Of a stretch of DNA of 64,000 nt, positions 33,989-43,524 are shown one piece after another. Origin of the DNA: a virus; IMG/VR virus record IMGVR_UViG_3300009068_000023; one strand, given 5' to 3'. The notes below the pieces were generated by a model. The model worked only from the letters and a program-made list of their open reading frames with translations. It was not told the origin of the DNA and searched no databases. The position numbers were made by a program, and so were the translations under genes. Every line of letters starts with the position of its first letter. Position 1 is the stretch's first letter.

Positions 33989-34021
33989 AAAGAAAGCACC
34001 CTTGAGGTGCTTTCTTTTTTT
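33989..34021 (+). terminator. Rho-independent terminator
   Basis: Stem AAAGAAAGCACC / GGTGCTTTCTTT followed by a T-run. Confidence 0.85.
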
Positions 34022-34022
34022 G

Positions 34023-34030
34023 TATAAATA
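34023..34030 (+). promoter_or_regulatory. T4-type late promoter TATAAATA
   Basis: Exact consensus right after the terminator, upstream of ATG 34058. Confidence 0.8.
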
Positions 34031-34057
34031 GATAGTGTTCCACTATTCTATATCGCC

Positions 34058-34693
34058 ATGGGTAAGACTAGAGACTTCTCAAGACTGCTATCTGAAAATC
34101 TAAACAATAACATCAAAATTGCTAATGCGCAGATGTATATTGGAGACGGTGGCGGCAATGCATACTTAAACTCAACAAGTATTGCAGTATCATCAGTTAA
34201 CGCAACTACGCTTACTGTTACATCCATCTATTCTAATGGATCACTAGGCACATCAGGCCAGGTATTAACATCTAATGGTTCTGGTGCATACTGGTCAAGC
34301 TACACATCTCAGGCGTTAGGATTATTCAGCACAGTACAATTTAATGATGCTGGATACGCCAACGGCGCACAATACGTGTCGTACGACAAACCTACCGGTG
34401 CATTCATAGTCGGTAGTAGCACCGCAAATACAAGAGTAGCTTTTAGCAATGTCAGTCTGAATGGTGACAGTGCAACGCTATTTACTGGCAATGCAACCAT
34501 TACTGGAACCTATAGTTCTAATGGTGTGGTGCTTTCTAATACAGCCTCATCTGGCAACGTAAACATTAATATGAGCGGTGTGCAAATAGGAAACTCAACA
34601 GTTAATTCTCAACTGACGTCTGCAGGGTTATCTGTTAACGGTGGTGCACCACTTAACATAACAACAGTATTAACATACAGCTTGGCTTTTTAA
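34058..34693 (+). CDS. Short fibre-like protein
   Basis: NGSLGTSGQVLTSNGSGAYW and VQFND motifs; ends TYSLAF like 32407..32859. Confidence 0.65.
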   Translation: MGKTRDFSRLLSENLNNNIKIANAQMYIGDGGGNAYLNSTSIAVSSVNATTLTVTSIYSNGSLGTSGQVLTSNGSGAYWSSYTSQALGLFSTVQFNDAGYANGAQYVSYDKPTGAFIVGSSTANTRVAFSNVSLNGDSATLFTGNATITGTYSSNGVVLSNTASSGNVNINMSGVQIGNSTVNSQLTSAGLSVNGGAPLNITTVLTYSLAF

Positions 34694-34704
34694 CAGGTTA
34701 AAAA

Positions 34705-35574
34705 ATGGGCATAATTAGAAACTTAGCAAGTCGTGCATCAGACAGCTTAGTACTAGAAACTACTGTTGCAACAGAAGGCCAGACCTATTTCCCATACTCA
34801 TCTACAAAGAGTAATTTCAATAATTTTTTAATCTATATTAACGGTGTATTGCAATCCAATACTGGTGACTATACTGCAAACTCTCTAGGGGTTACTCTTA
34901 CCCTTGCTGCCAACAGTAGCGATATTATTACCATAGGCATTATAAACAATGTTTTCTCCAAAGGAGAAAAGGGAGAGAAGGTTTCTAGTGCATTATACAC
35001 AGATGCTAACAACACAATAGTTTTCACCAATTCAGACTCAACTGTTTTCCCGGTCACTGGTGTTAAAGGTCAAAAAGGCGATCAAGGCAGCAAAGGTGCA
35101 GATGGCAATGTCTATGCTGCTGGTGCAAAGGGAGATAAGGGTGACAAGGGTGAAGTAGGACCGACTGGTTCAACTGGTAGTACTGGTGCAAAGGGCGATA
35201 AGGGTAGTCAGCTTTACGCCGCAACTTATATAGATGAATTAAATACCATAACATTTACAAATTCTGATCTAACTACATTTTCAGCAGCAGGTATGAAAGG
35301 ACAAAAAGGTGAGACAGGTAATACTGGTAATAATGGAGCAAAAGGAGATGCAGGGGCCATATCATACACAACTAACATAGGGGATGGTACTAACACTTCT
35401 TTTACTATTAATCATAACCTAGCTAAAGCAGATGTGTCAGTGGTAGTTTTTGAGAATGCCACTAATAACCAAGTGTACCCTGATGTATCAGTTACAAACA
35501 ATAATACGTGTGTAGTTAGTTTTGTTATAGCACCTACCTCAAGCCAATATAGAGTCAGAGTTCTAGGGTTCTAA
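34705..35574 (+). CDS. Collagen-containing fibre protein
   Basis: GXK tracts, [12 protein letters not shown] module shared with the 24800 gene, C-terminal GDG...F.I.HNL domain. Confidence 0.7.
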   Translation: MGIIRNLASRASDSLVLETTVATEGQTYFPYSSTKSNFNNFLIYINGVLQSNTGDYTANSLGVTLTLAANSSDIITIGIINNVFSKGEKGEKVSSALYTDANNTIVFTNSDSTVFPVTGVKGQKGDQGSKGADGNVYAAGAKGDKGDKGEVGPTGSTGSTGAKGDKGSQLYAATYIDELNTITFTNSDLTTFSAAGMKGQKGETGNTGNNGAKGDAGAISYTTNIGDGTNTSFTINHNLAKADVSVVVFENATNNQVYPDVSVTNNNTCVVSFVIAPTSSQYRVRVLGF

Positions 35575-36712
35575 TGGCCAATAACTATATTATTTCCCCT
35601 TCGTGGCAAAACGACGTTACTGAAGCAGCCGCCGGTACATTGCCTACAGGTGATAATAGCAGCATGGGAAGTAATACAGTACCCGGTATGCAAAGATTAC
35701 TTCAAAGAAACGCAAACGCAGGACAAACATTTCAGAATGGAATAGTATCTACATATAGTCTGGTGTATACTTATTTTGTTGGTATATATGCTGGAGGGGT
35801 ATTAGCTCCTAATGGAGATATTCATTTTGTTCCTTTAGGTGCAAACCGAGGACAAAAAATATCAGCCTCCGGGGTTGTATCAACTTATAGTTTAGTGTAT
35901 ACTAATAGTAATGGTGCATATGTTGGGGAGTATTATCACTTAATGGTGATATTCATTTCGTACCTTATTCTGCACTAGTAGGTCAAAAAATATCAGTATC
36001 CGGGGTTGTATCAACTTATAGTTTAGTCTATACTAATAGTAATGGAGCATATCTAGGTGGAGTTCTAGCACCTAATGGAGATATACATTTTATACCTAAT
36101 AATGCAAATAGAGGACAAAAAGTATCCGCTTCAGGAGTAGTGTCAACTTATAGTTTGGTGTATACTACTACTAGTGCATATTGGGGTGGTGTTTTAGCTA
36201 CTAATGGAGATATTCATTTTGTACCCGTTGCAGCAGAAGTTGGACAAAAAATATCCGCATCTGGAGTAGTATCAACTTATAGTTTAGTGTATACTAATAG
36301 TAATGGTGCATATGTTGGGGGAGTTCTAGCTCCTAATGGAGATATACATTTTATACCTAATAATGCAAATAGAGGACAAAAAGTATCCGCTTCAGGAGTA
36401 GTGTCAACTTATAGTTTAGTATATACTAGTGGTGGACAATACTGGGGAGGGGTAATAGCACCTAATGGAGATATTCATTTCGTTCCATTTAACACACCAG
36501 TAGGCCAAAAAATAAACACTAATACTGGAGTAGTATCAACTTATAGTTTAATATATACTGTTTCTGCTTCATATACCGGAGGAGTATTAGTACCTAATGG
36601 AGATATTCATTTTGTACCCTATACTGCTTCCCAGGGTCAAAAAATTTCAACAAATCCTGCTGAACCATTCAGTCTAGGCGTCTGTTGCTCTCCATTCTTT
36701 AATAAGTTCTAA
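35574..36712 (+). pseudogene. 7-repeat beta-propeller-like protein interrupted by a 1-nt frameshift near 35925 (real or sequence error)
   Basis: ORFs 35574..35978 and 36140..36712 join if G4 at 35925-35928 is read as G5, as in the sister repeat at about 36317. The reconstructed gene has 7 repeats and ends SPFFNKF. Confidence 0.75.
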
Positions 36713-36714
36713 TC

Positions 36715-37827
36715 ATGCCAACATATTCCTTAGCACCTGGGTGGGTTTCAGAAGTTAAACAAAGAGCCTGGGGAACCATTAATACAGCAGATAATAGCAC
36801 CACCACATCTGATAGCTGGTTCTTTGGTATGAAAGGTATGTTAGATGCAAGCGTAAATGCAGGACAAGCATTTCAGAACGGGATAGTATCCACTTATAGT
36901 TTGGTGTATACTGCGGCTAATGCATATTCTGGCGGTGTTCTAGCACCTAATGGAGACATTCATTTTGTGCCATATGCGGCTACTGTAGGGCAAAAAGTAT
37001 CAGCATCTGGTGTAGTGTCCACATATAGTTTAGTATATACTAGTTCTGTTGCATATCTAGGAGGAGTTTTAGCTCCTAATGGTGATATACATTTTGTACC
37101 AAATGGTGCTACTGTTGGCCAAAAAGTATCTGCGTCAGGGGTAGTGTCAACTTATAGTATAATTGCCAGCGGCTATGTTGGCGGAGTACTAATGCCAAAT
37201 GGAGATATTTTTTTTATAGCCAGTAGCAATATTCAAAAAGTATCTTCTTCAGGGGTAGTTTCAACATTTAGTATAATTAATGCACACGTTAATGTGAGCG
37301 GAGGGGTACTAGCTCCTAATGGCGAGCTTCACACAATACCTTTTTACTCTTACCTTAGAGGTCTGAAGGTATCAGCAGCAGGTGTATCATCTACTTATTC
37401 AATTGTTTATACTGATTATTATCCACACTTTGGAGGAGTTCTAGCACCTAATGGAGACATTCATTTTGTACCAGCCTATGCAAGCCGAGGGCAAAAGGTA
37501 TCAGCCACAGGGGTAGTATCAACTTATAGTTTAGTGTACACAGGCAATGCATTATATTACGGTGGTGTTCTAGCGCCTAATGGAGATATTCATTTTATAC
37601 CAGGTAATTCAGCTGTTGTGGGGCAAAAAGTGTCTGCATCAGGAGTAGTATCAACCTATAGTTTAGCGTATACTGTTACGAATGGATACAAAGGTGGGGT
37701 CTTAGCGCCTAACGGAGATATTCATTTTATACCTCAAAGTGCAGCTGTTGGTCAAAAAATATCAACACTACCAGCCATACCTTTTAATCAATCCATATGC
37801 CAGTCACCATTCTTTAATAAGTTATAA
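36715..37827 (+). CDS. 7-repeat beta-propeller-like protein
   Basis: Seven ~43-aa repeats VVSTYSLVYT..Y.GGVLAPNGDIHF.P....GQK; ends SPFFNKL. Confidence 0.8.
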   Translation: MPTYSLAPGWVSEVKQRAWGTINTADNSTTTSDSWFFGMKGMLDASVNAGQAFQNGIVSTYSLVYTAANAYSGGVLAPNGDIHFVPYAATVGQKVSASGVVSTYSLVYTSSVAYLGGVLAPNGDIHFVPNGATVGQKVSASGVVSTYSIIASGYVGGVLMPNGDIFFIASSNIQKVSSSGVVSTFSIINAHVNVSGGVLAPNGELHTIPFYSYLRGLKVSAAGVSSTYSIVYTDYYPHFGGVLAPNGDIHFVPAYASRGQKVSATGVVSTYSLVYTGNALYYGGVLAPNGDIHFIPGNSAVVGQKVSASGVVSTYSLAYTVTNGYKGGVLAPNGDIHFIPQSAAVGQKISTLPAIPFNQSICQSPFFNKL

Positions 37828-37829
37828 TA

Positions 37830-38993
37830 ATGGCTATACTGAACCGTAATTCTAACACATTTATTTCAGAGGTACAAAGCACAACACAAGGCACTGTACC
37901 GGCTGCGGATAATAGTTCTATAGGTAGTGATTTAACTGCATGGAATTCATTTAAAACATTATTAAACAAATCAGTTGCAGGTGGTAGTTTGTTTAGTAGC
38001 GGGGTGGTATCAACTTATAGTTTAGTGTATACATATGGCGTCGGCTATGCTGGAGGTGTTCTTGCACCCAACGGCGATATTCATTTCGTACCTAATGCAA
38101 CACCGGTGGGGCTTAAGGTATCTGCAGCCGGGGTGGTATCAACTTATAGTTTAGTGTATACTGGGTCTTATGTGTATACGGGAGGTGTACTTGCCCCTAA
38201 TGGAGATATTCATTTTATACCTGCGCAGGCACGAGTGGGTCAAAAGATAAACACCAATACTGGTGTAGTGTCTACTTATAGCTTAGTGTATACTACAGGT
38301 ACTGGCGCATACACAGGAGGCGTTCTTGCACCCAACGGCGATATTCATTTTATACCCAATTCGGGAATAGTAGGTCAAAAGATAAACACCAATACTGGTG
38401 TAGTGTCTACTTATAGCTTAGTGTATACCTTAACAGGGTTTTATCCAAACTTATATAATGGAGGGGTATTAGCACCTAATGGAGATATTCATTTTGTACC
38501 TGCGCAGGCACAAGTAGGTCAAAAAGTATCTGCATCTGGAGTAGTATCAACTTATAGTTTAATACATACTAATGGTTCAAATTCTAATTACATAGGGGGT
38601 GTTTTATCTCATAATGGAGATATTCATTTAGTACCATTTCGTGCACGAGTAGGACAAAAAATATCAGTCTCCGGAGTTGTGTCAACTTATAGTTTAGTAT
38701 ATAGTGGGGTAAATGGTGAATATTACGGCGGAGTACTAGCACCTAACGGGGATATTCATTTTGTACCATTCTGGGCTCCATACGGTCAAAAAGTTTCTGC
38801 ATTAGGGATAGTATCAACTTATAACATATTAATTTCTTCCCCATATTTTTATGCGGGTGGAATTCTTACACCTAACGGTGAAATTCATTTTATACCTAAC
38901 AGTAATATGAAGGCAGGCCAAAAAATTTCAACAAATCCAGGAATTCCTTTTAACATAGGCACATGCCTGTCACCTTTTTTCAATAAATTTTAG
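37830..38993 (+). CDS. 7-repeat beta-propeller-like protein
   Basis: Seven repeats of the same family; ends SPFFNKF. Confidence 0.8.
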   Translation: MAILNRNSNTFISEVQSTTQGTVPAADNSSIGSDLTAWNSFKTLLNKSVAGGSLFSSGVVSTYSLVYTYGVGYAGGVLAPNGDIHFVPNATPVGLKVSAAGVVSTYSLVYTGSYVYTGGVLAPNGDIHFIPAQARVGQKINTNTGVVSTYSLVYTTGTGAYTGGVLAPNGDIHFIPNSGIVGQKINTNTGVVSTYSLVYTLTGFYPNLYNGGVLAPNGDIHFVPAQAQVGQKVSASGVVSTYSLIHTNGSNSNYIGGVLSHNGDIHLVPFRARVGQKISVSGVVSTYSLVYSGVNGEYYGGVLAPNGDIHFVPFWAPYGQKVSALGIVSTYNILISSPYFYAGGILTPNGEIHFIPNSNMKAGQKISTNPGIPFNIGTCLSPFFNKF

Positions 38994-39005
38994 TGAGGTT
39001 TAGTA

Positions 39006-40361
39006 ATGTATAATCGTGATAAGATTATTGGTATAATGCAAGAGATTTATGAAGGCTCAAAAGAAATAGCACCATATGTAATGGTAGCTCAACCAAGAAG
39101 AGATCTAAACGAAACAGCAGCACAAAATTTTGATGGCTACGATGGCCTTCATATAGACATGCTAGGTTTCTCGCATGGCTTCTGTAATATAGGTGGAGAA
39201 AAGGTAGACGTTGCTCGAAACTATCTAATAGAAAGAGCATTAGAGAGTGGCGCAAAGTATCTTTTATTCGTTGGCGAAGATACTGTTCTCCCGTACGATG
39301 CATTTAAGGTCTTACACGAAACAGCAGAAAAGAATCCAGGTACAGTAGTAACAGGCGTCTACTATATCAAATGCTCCGATGCCATGATTATGGTGCGGAA
39401 CGGCAACTGGATTACTATCCCTAATGTAGACCCTGGGCAATTAATCACTGCCTGGCAAACAGGTATGGATGTGATGCTAGTTCCTATTGATATTTTGAAG
39501 AGACTAAAAGAAGAAGATCCTGAACTACCATTCTGCTGTATTGGTAATAACATTAACGATGAGATCCCTTTTGTAGGCGAGGACAACTTCTTTGTACACA
39601 GACTACACAGATTAGGAATTAAACTTCTTGTCAACACCGATGTACAGTGTCTGCATATGGATCTTGCATCAGGCAACTATACAGCACACCCATCAGTAGA
39701 TATTAAGAAGTACTATACCAATATTCCTATTGGTAGACCTCTTACTTTAGATGATAAAGACTATATTGACAGACGCTGGATTGATAGATTGCCCGAGGGT
39801 AGCAACAGCGGCAAAAACAAGTTACAAGCAATTATTGATAGCGGCGAACCTCTCAAGCTTAATATCGGCTCAGGTCGCGACAAGCTAGAAGGATATATTG
39901 GCATTGATAAATATAACAAGATTGCAGACATCAACGAAGATATTTTTGATTTTAAGCTACCTTCAGGCTGTGTGGATGAGATTTTTGCTTCACACGTGAT
40001 TGAGCATATACCACAGCATAGAGCTCCAGAGCTGCTAAGTAAGTGGTTAGATGCTTTGAAGCCAGACGGCAAGCTTATTATGGAGATGCCTGATTTAGAG
40101 GGCCTCTGCAAAGCGTTTACTGATGCTAAGACGTTTGAAGAAAGATTTAGTTTAACGTTATGCATTTATGGTGCTTTTATTGATGAAGAAAAGCCATCAG
40201 AAGAGGCGTTGAAGAATGGAGTTAAGTCGCCGCATCTGTTTGGTTACTATCCAAAAGCTTTAACAGATCTTCTAACCGAATTAGGATATAAAAACGTTCA
40301 AGTTCTACCACCCCAGGGTCAGCATCCGGGTGTTAATTTTAGAATAGAAGCAAACAAATAG
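39006..40361 (+). CDS. GT-A (GT2-like) glycosyltransferase fused to a class I SAM methyltransferase
   Basis: N-half: VARNYLI..AL..GAKYLLFVGED, GEDNFF. C-half: LNIGSG, EIFASHVIEH, LKPDGKL. Confidence 0.75.
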   Translation: MYNRDKIIGIMQEIYEGSKEIAPYVMVAQPRRDLNETAAQNFDGYDGLHIDMLGFSHGFCNIGGEKVDVARNYLIERALESGAKYLLFVGEDTVLPYDAFKVLHETAEKNPGTVVTGVYYIKCSDAMIMVRNGNWITIPNVDPGQLITAWQTGMDVMLVPIDILKRLKEEDPELPFCCIGNNINDEIPFVGEDNFFVHRLHRLGIKLLVNTDVQCLHMDLASGNYTAHPSVDIKKYYTNIPIGRPLTLDDKDYIDRRWIDRLPEGSNSGKNKLQAIIDSGEPLKLNIGSGRDKLEGYIGIDKYNKIADINEDIFDFKLPSGCVDEIFASHVIEHIPQHRAPELLSKWLDALKPDGKLIMEMPDLEGLCKAFTDAKTFEERFSLTLCIYGAFIDEEKPSEEALKNGVKSPHLFGYYPKALTDLLTELGYKNVQVLPPQGQHPGVNFRIEANK

Positions 40362-40369
40362 GAGTAAAA

Positions 40370-40810
40370 ATGACTTGTGAAATTTCTTTAGAAGGGCTCT
40401 TGACAGTTGGTGGAAACGAAGAAAGAGCACTCGCTGATATTAGAGTAACATTTGACGATAAAGTCTACGACTGGAAGATTTTTATCCCTCCTGGTGCAAA
40501 TCTTAACGAGTTCTTAGAGAGCTCAAAAGACAAGATTGTAGCAGAAATAGAAGCCAAAGAAGCCGAATGGGAAGCATTAGATCCAAAGACAAGAACTTTG
40601 CAATCACCATTTGGTGAAGACATGGTTATAGATATCAACAAGGATGAAATTGTTAGACCATCTATTCCTGACTACTACGCACAAAGAAGAAATGAGTACC
40701 CATCGTTGAGCGAGCAGTTGGGTGCAATTTGGAAGGGTGAAAAAACTGAAGAATTCGCTGCTATGAAACAAAAAATTCTAGATGTAAAAGCCAAGTATCC
40801 AAAGGTATAA
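40370..40810 (+). CDS. Hypothetical tail-fibre-associated protein
   Basis: C-terminal Y...R..EYPS..EQL..IW...VKAKYPK motif frequent next to phage fibre genes; SD AGGAG. Confidence 0.6.
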   Translation: MTCEISLEGLLTVGGNEERALADIRVTFDDKVYDWKIFIPPGANLNEFLESSKDKIVAEIEAKEAEWEALDPKTRTLQSPFGEDMVIDINKDEIVRPSIPDYYAQRRNEYPSLSEQLGAIWKGEKTEEFAAMKQKILDVKAKYPKV

Positions 40811-40813
40811 TCC

Positions 40814-41983
40814 ATGACCAGAAGTAGAACACTTTCAACGTTTTCAGGCTTAACAACTTTAACAGCGGGTGCTAGTAATCTTGCATATGGCAGTGCTACT
40901 GTTAATACCTTTATTAACGCCACTTCTATTTCTATTAGCAACTCTACCGCTAATACTACGATTAATACATCATCGTTTGTTGTAGGTAATACTATCGTTA
41001 ATTCAGTAATTAACGCAACAAGTATTGCTATTAGAAATAGTACGTCGAATAGTGTAATTAATGCTTCTGCTTTAGTAATAGGAAATAGTACAGTAAATAC
41101 TTCTATTAGTGTTGCAAATATTTCAATAGGCAATACTACTGTTAATACTCAGATAAATTCTAGTGCCATATTCGTAGGTAATACTGTATTAGTAAACAGC
41201 ACTACAGTTTTTGTAGGAATTCCTTCTAGTTTTGCATATGCAAACAGTACTACTGCGGGAGTCAACTACTTCGGTACCTCATCTTTTATTAATTCAACAA
41301 GTCTAGTTATCGCTGGTACACTTAGAGCAAATACTACGCATATTATTCCAGGTGCGATCTATGCAAACAACTCTAATGGATCTTCAGGACAAATACTTAC
41401 ATCAAATGGTACAGGTATTTACTGGAGTACAGTAAGTAGTGGTGGTGGAGGAAGTACACTGGCTATAGGAAATCTAGTATATATGATGTGGTTTAAAAGT
41501 TCTGCATCAACGTACTACTTAGCACGAGGCTGGGTATATAAAAACAATAAAGCAACGAACCCCTCTTCTAGTACTATGTACTTTAGACTTTATGATTTCT
41601 ATACTACTTCTTCTATTAATCCGTCATTTACAACAGTTGCTTCTGCTCCTATAAGTAGTTGGTCTTCTTCAGGTTCGAGCTCGAGTTATTCTATGTTGTC
41701 GGGTAACGTTAATAGTCAACAACTATACGGTTTAGAGTTTTATAGCGGGTATAATTATGCAGGCAGTGAGTCTATAATGCCTGCCAGTGTTACTGGACCA
41801 ACAGGAGCCACCACACTAAAGTATTCGTCAGGAGGGCTCTCCAGCCATTCAAGCTCAGTAGCAGGCTTTAATACTCCATCGACTGATTTTACCTGGGGAT
41901 ATACACCTAACAACTATATTACTACTACTTATGTATTAGATGGTACTCAAGACTCTAAGATTGCTACTTTTAATTACCCCTAA
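40814..41983 (+). CDS. Tail fibre/receptor-binding-like protein (paralog A)
   Basis: Asn/Ser/Thr beta-repeat shaft, GQILTSNGTGIYW, C-terminal domain shared with the next gene. Confidence 0.65.
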   Translation: MTRSRTLSTFSGLTTLTAGASNLAYGSATVNTFINATSISISNSTANTTINTSSFVVGNTIVNSVINATSIAIRNSTSNSVINASALVIGNSTVNTSISVANISIGNTTVNTQINSSAIFVGNTVLVNSTTVFVGIPSSFAYANSTTAGVNYFGTSSFINSTSLVIAGTLRANTTHIIPGAIYANNSNGSSGQILTSNGTGIYWSTVSSGGGGSTLAIGNLVYMMWFKSSASTYYLARGWVYKNNKATNPSSSTMYFRLYDFYTTSSINPSFTTVASAPISSWSSSGSSSSYSMLSGNVNSQQLYGLEFYSGYNYAGSESIMPASVTGPTGATTLKYSSGGLSSHSSSVAGFNTPSTDFTWGYTPNNYITTTYVLDGTQDSKIATFNYP

Positions 41984-41991
41984 ACTAAATT

Positions 41992-43113
41992 ATGACAAAA
42001 AGTAGATCAGTATCTAGTGTTTTATCAAATCCAGCTTCTGCAGCTATCTTAACAGACGCAGTATCTAATACCTCTATAAATTCTATATCTATTAGTATAG
42101 GTAATACTGCAACAAACACTACTATTAATAATTTTTCTATTAGTTTAGGGGCAGATCTAGTTATAAACAATACCTCTATGTCTGTTGGGAGCAACACAAG
42201 AGTAAATACATCTACTCTTGAGTATAGCGGGGTTACTAACACTACCGTAAATTCTACATCTTTAACATCTGGCAATGTTATTCTTTTATCCGACAGTATC
42301 AGTCTAGGTTTAGTTAATACCTATTCTAATTCTTTTTCAATAGGAAACAGTTCATCTAATACATTATTTTATGGAGATTTTTTACCCTCTATTATCCCCA
42401 GTACTTACAGTGCCGGACGCGGAAATGAAAATACATCGTTAAGTTCTAGTTATCTTCGATTTAATAGCGTTTTTGGAACCTCTTTTAGTACTCGAATAGC
42501 AACACAAAACATCTTTGCAAACGGATCTAGTGGAACAGCCGGCCAAGTTTTATATTCAAACGGAACGGGTGTATATTGGGATTTACGTCCAGGAAATTTA
42601 TCCATAGGCAATTTAGTATATGTTATGTTTTTTAATGAACCGTCATACTATATGGCTAGAGGGTGGGCATATAAAAGTGGTAAAACCTCTAATATAGCTA
42701 CAATTTACATTAAATTTTTTGATTATTATAGTACTTCATCAATTAGCCCCAATTGGGGTTCGGTAGGTACAGCAAATACAAATAGTGCATGGACATTATT
42801 AGGTTCATCTTCATCTGTTAGTGCGTTTGCTACTTCAGTATCTAACAAACAACTTTATGGTTTAGATTTTTATAGTGGGTATAATTATGCAGGAAGTACT
42901 AGTATAATGCCTGCATCCCCTAGTTCAGCTTCCGGTGCAATTACACTAAAATATCCTTCTGGGGGACTAGCAGCTTATACTGTATTACCCCAATATGGCA
43001 ACTACCCTTCAACAGATAGTACTTGGGGGTATGTACCCAGCAACTATATTACCTTTTCTTATTCATTAGATGGAACTCTAGATAGTAGAATTTCTACTTT
43101 TAACTACCCTTAA
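41992..43113 (+). CDS. Tail fibre/receptor-binding-like protein (paralog B)
   Basis: Same architecture; shares IGNLVY.M.F, ARGW.YK, QLYGL.FYSGYNYAGS and TFNYP. Confidence 0.65.
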   Translation: MTKSRSVSSVLSNPASAAILTDAVSNTSINSISISIGNTATNTTINNFSISLGADLVINNTSMSVGSNTRVNTSTLEYSGVTNTTVNSTSLTSGNVILLSDSISLGLVNTYSNSFSIGNSSSNTLFYGDFLPSIIPSTYSAGRGNENTSLSSSYLRFNSVFGTSFSTRIATQNIFANGSSGTAGQVLYSNGTGVYWDLRPGNLSIGNLVYVMFFNEPSYYMARGWAYKSGKTSNIATIYIKFFDYYSTSSISPNWGSVGTANTNSAWTLLGSSSSVSAFATSVSNKQLYGLDFYSGYNYAGSTSIMPASPSSASGAITLKYPSGGLAAYTVLPQYGNYPSTDSTWGYVPSNYITFSYSLDGTLDSRISTFNYP

Positions 43114-43124
43114 TAAATACTATT

Positions 43125-43514
43125 ATGACAAAACTAGACACTCTCATAGAACAAAATCCAGATCTGGAGCTATTTCCTGATCCTGATAATATCGATCTTA
43201 CAACTAAAAAGGTTATATTATTGGATGAGCCTATAGTACAGAATGAAAGAATTGAGTGGGCCACTCTAGAAGATCTTACAGAAGAAGATATACAGCTAAG
43301 GTTAACTGACCTAAAAAGAATTGCATATCAGAGAAGAGCTTATCTTTTCTCACTGTTAAGCTGGCGTTATGAGAGACACAGCAGAGAAGTAAGATTGGAT
43401 ATTCCTACCACGGACAACTTAGATGACCTAGATAATTATGCACAAGCATTAGCAGACATCTCAAAGCAACCAGATTACCCGTATACCATTACATGGCCTC
43501 AAGAGTTAAACTAA
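43125..43514 (+). CDS. Tail fibre assembly chaperone-like protein
   Basis: C-terminal YAQALADI.KQPDYP..I.WP motif. Confidence 0.7.
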   Translation: MTKLDTLIEQNPDLELFPDPDNIDLTTKKVILLDEPIVQNERIEWATLEDLTEEDIQLRLTDLKRIAYQRRAYLFSLLSWRYERHSREVRLDIPTTDNLDDLDNYAQALADISKQPDYPYTITWPQELN

Positions 43515-43524
43515 AGGAATAAAC

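Noticed and set aside
35740-38930. Repeat-spacer-like periodicity resembling a CRISPR array
   Set aside because: Units are ~130 nt, in frame, with synonymous third-position variation, so they are protein repeats. No cas genes are present.
35574-38993. Diversity-generating retroelement as the source of loop variation
   Set aside because: No reverse transcriptase or non-coding template repeat in the window. Variation includes length changes and is not evidently adenine-restricted.
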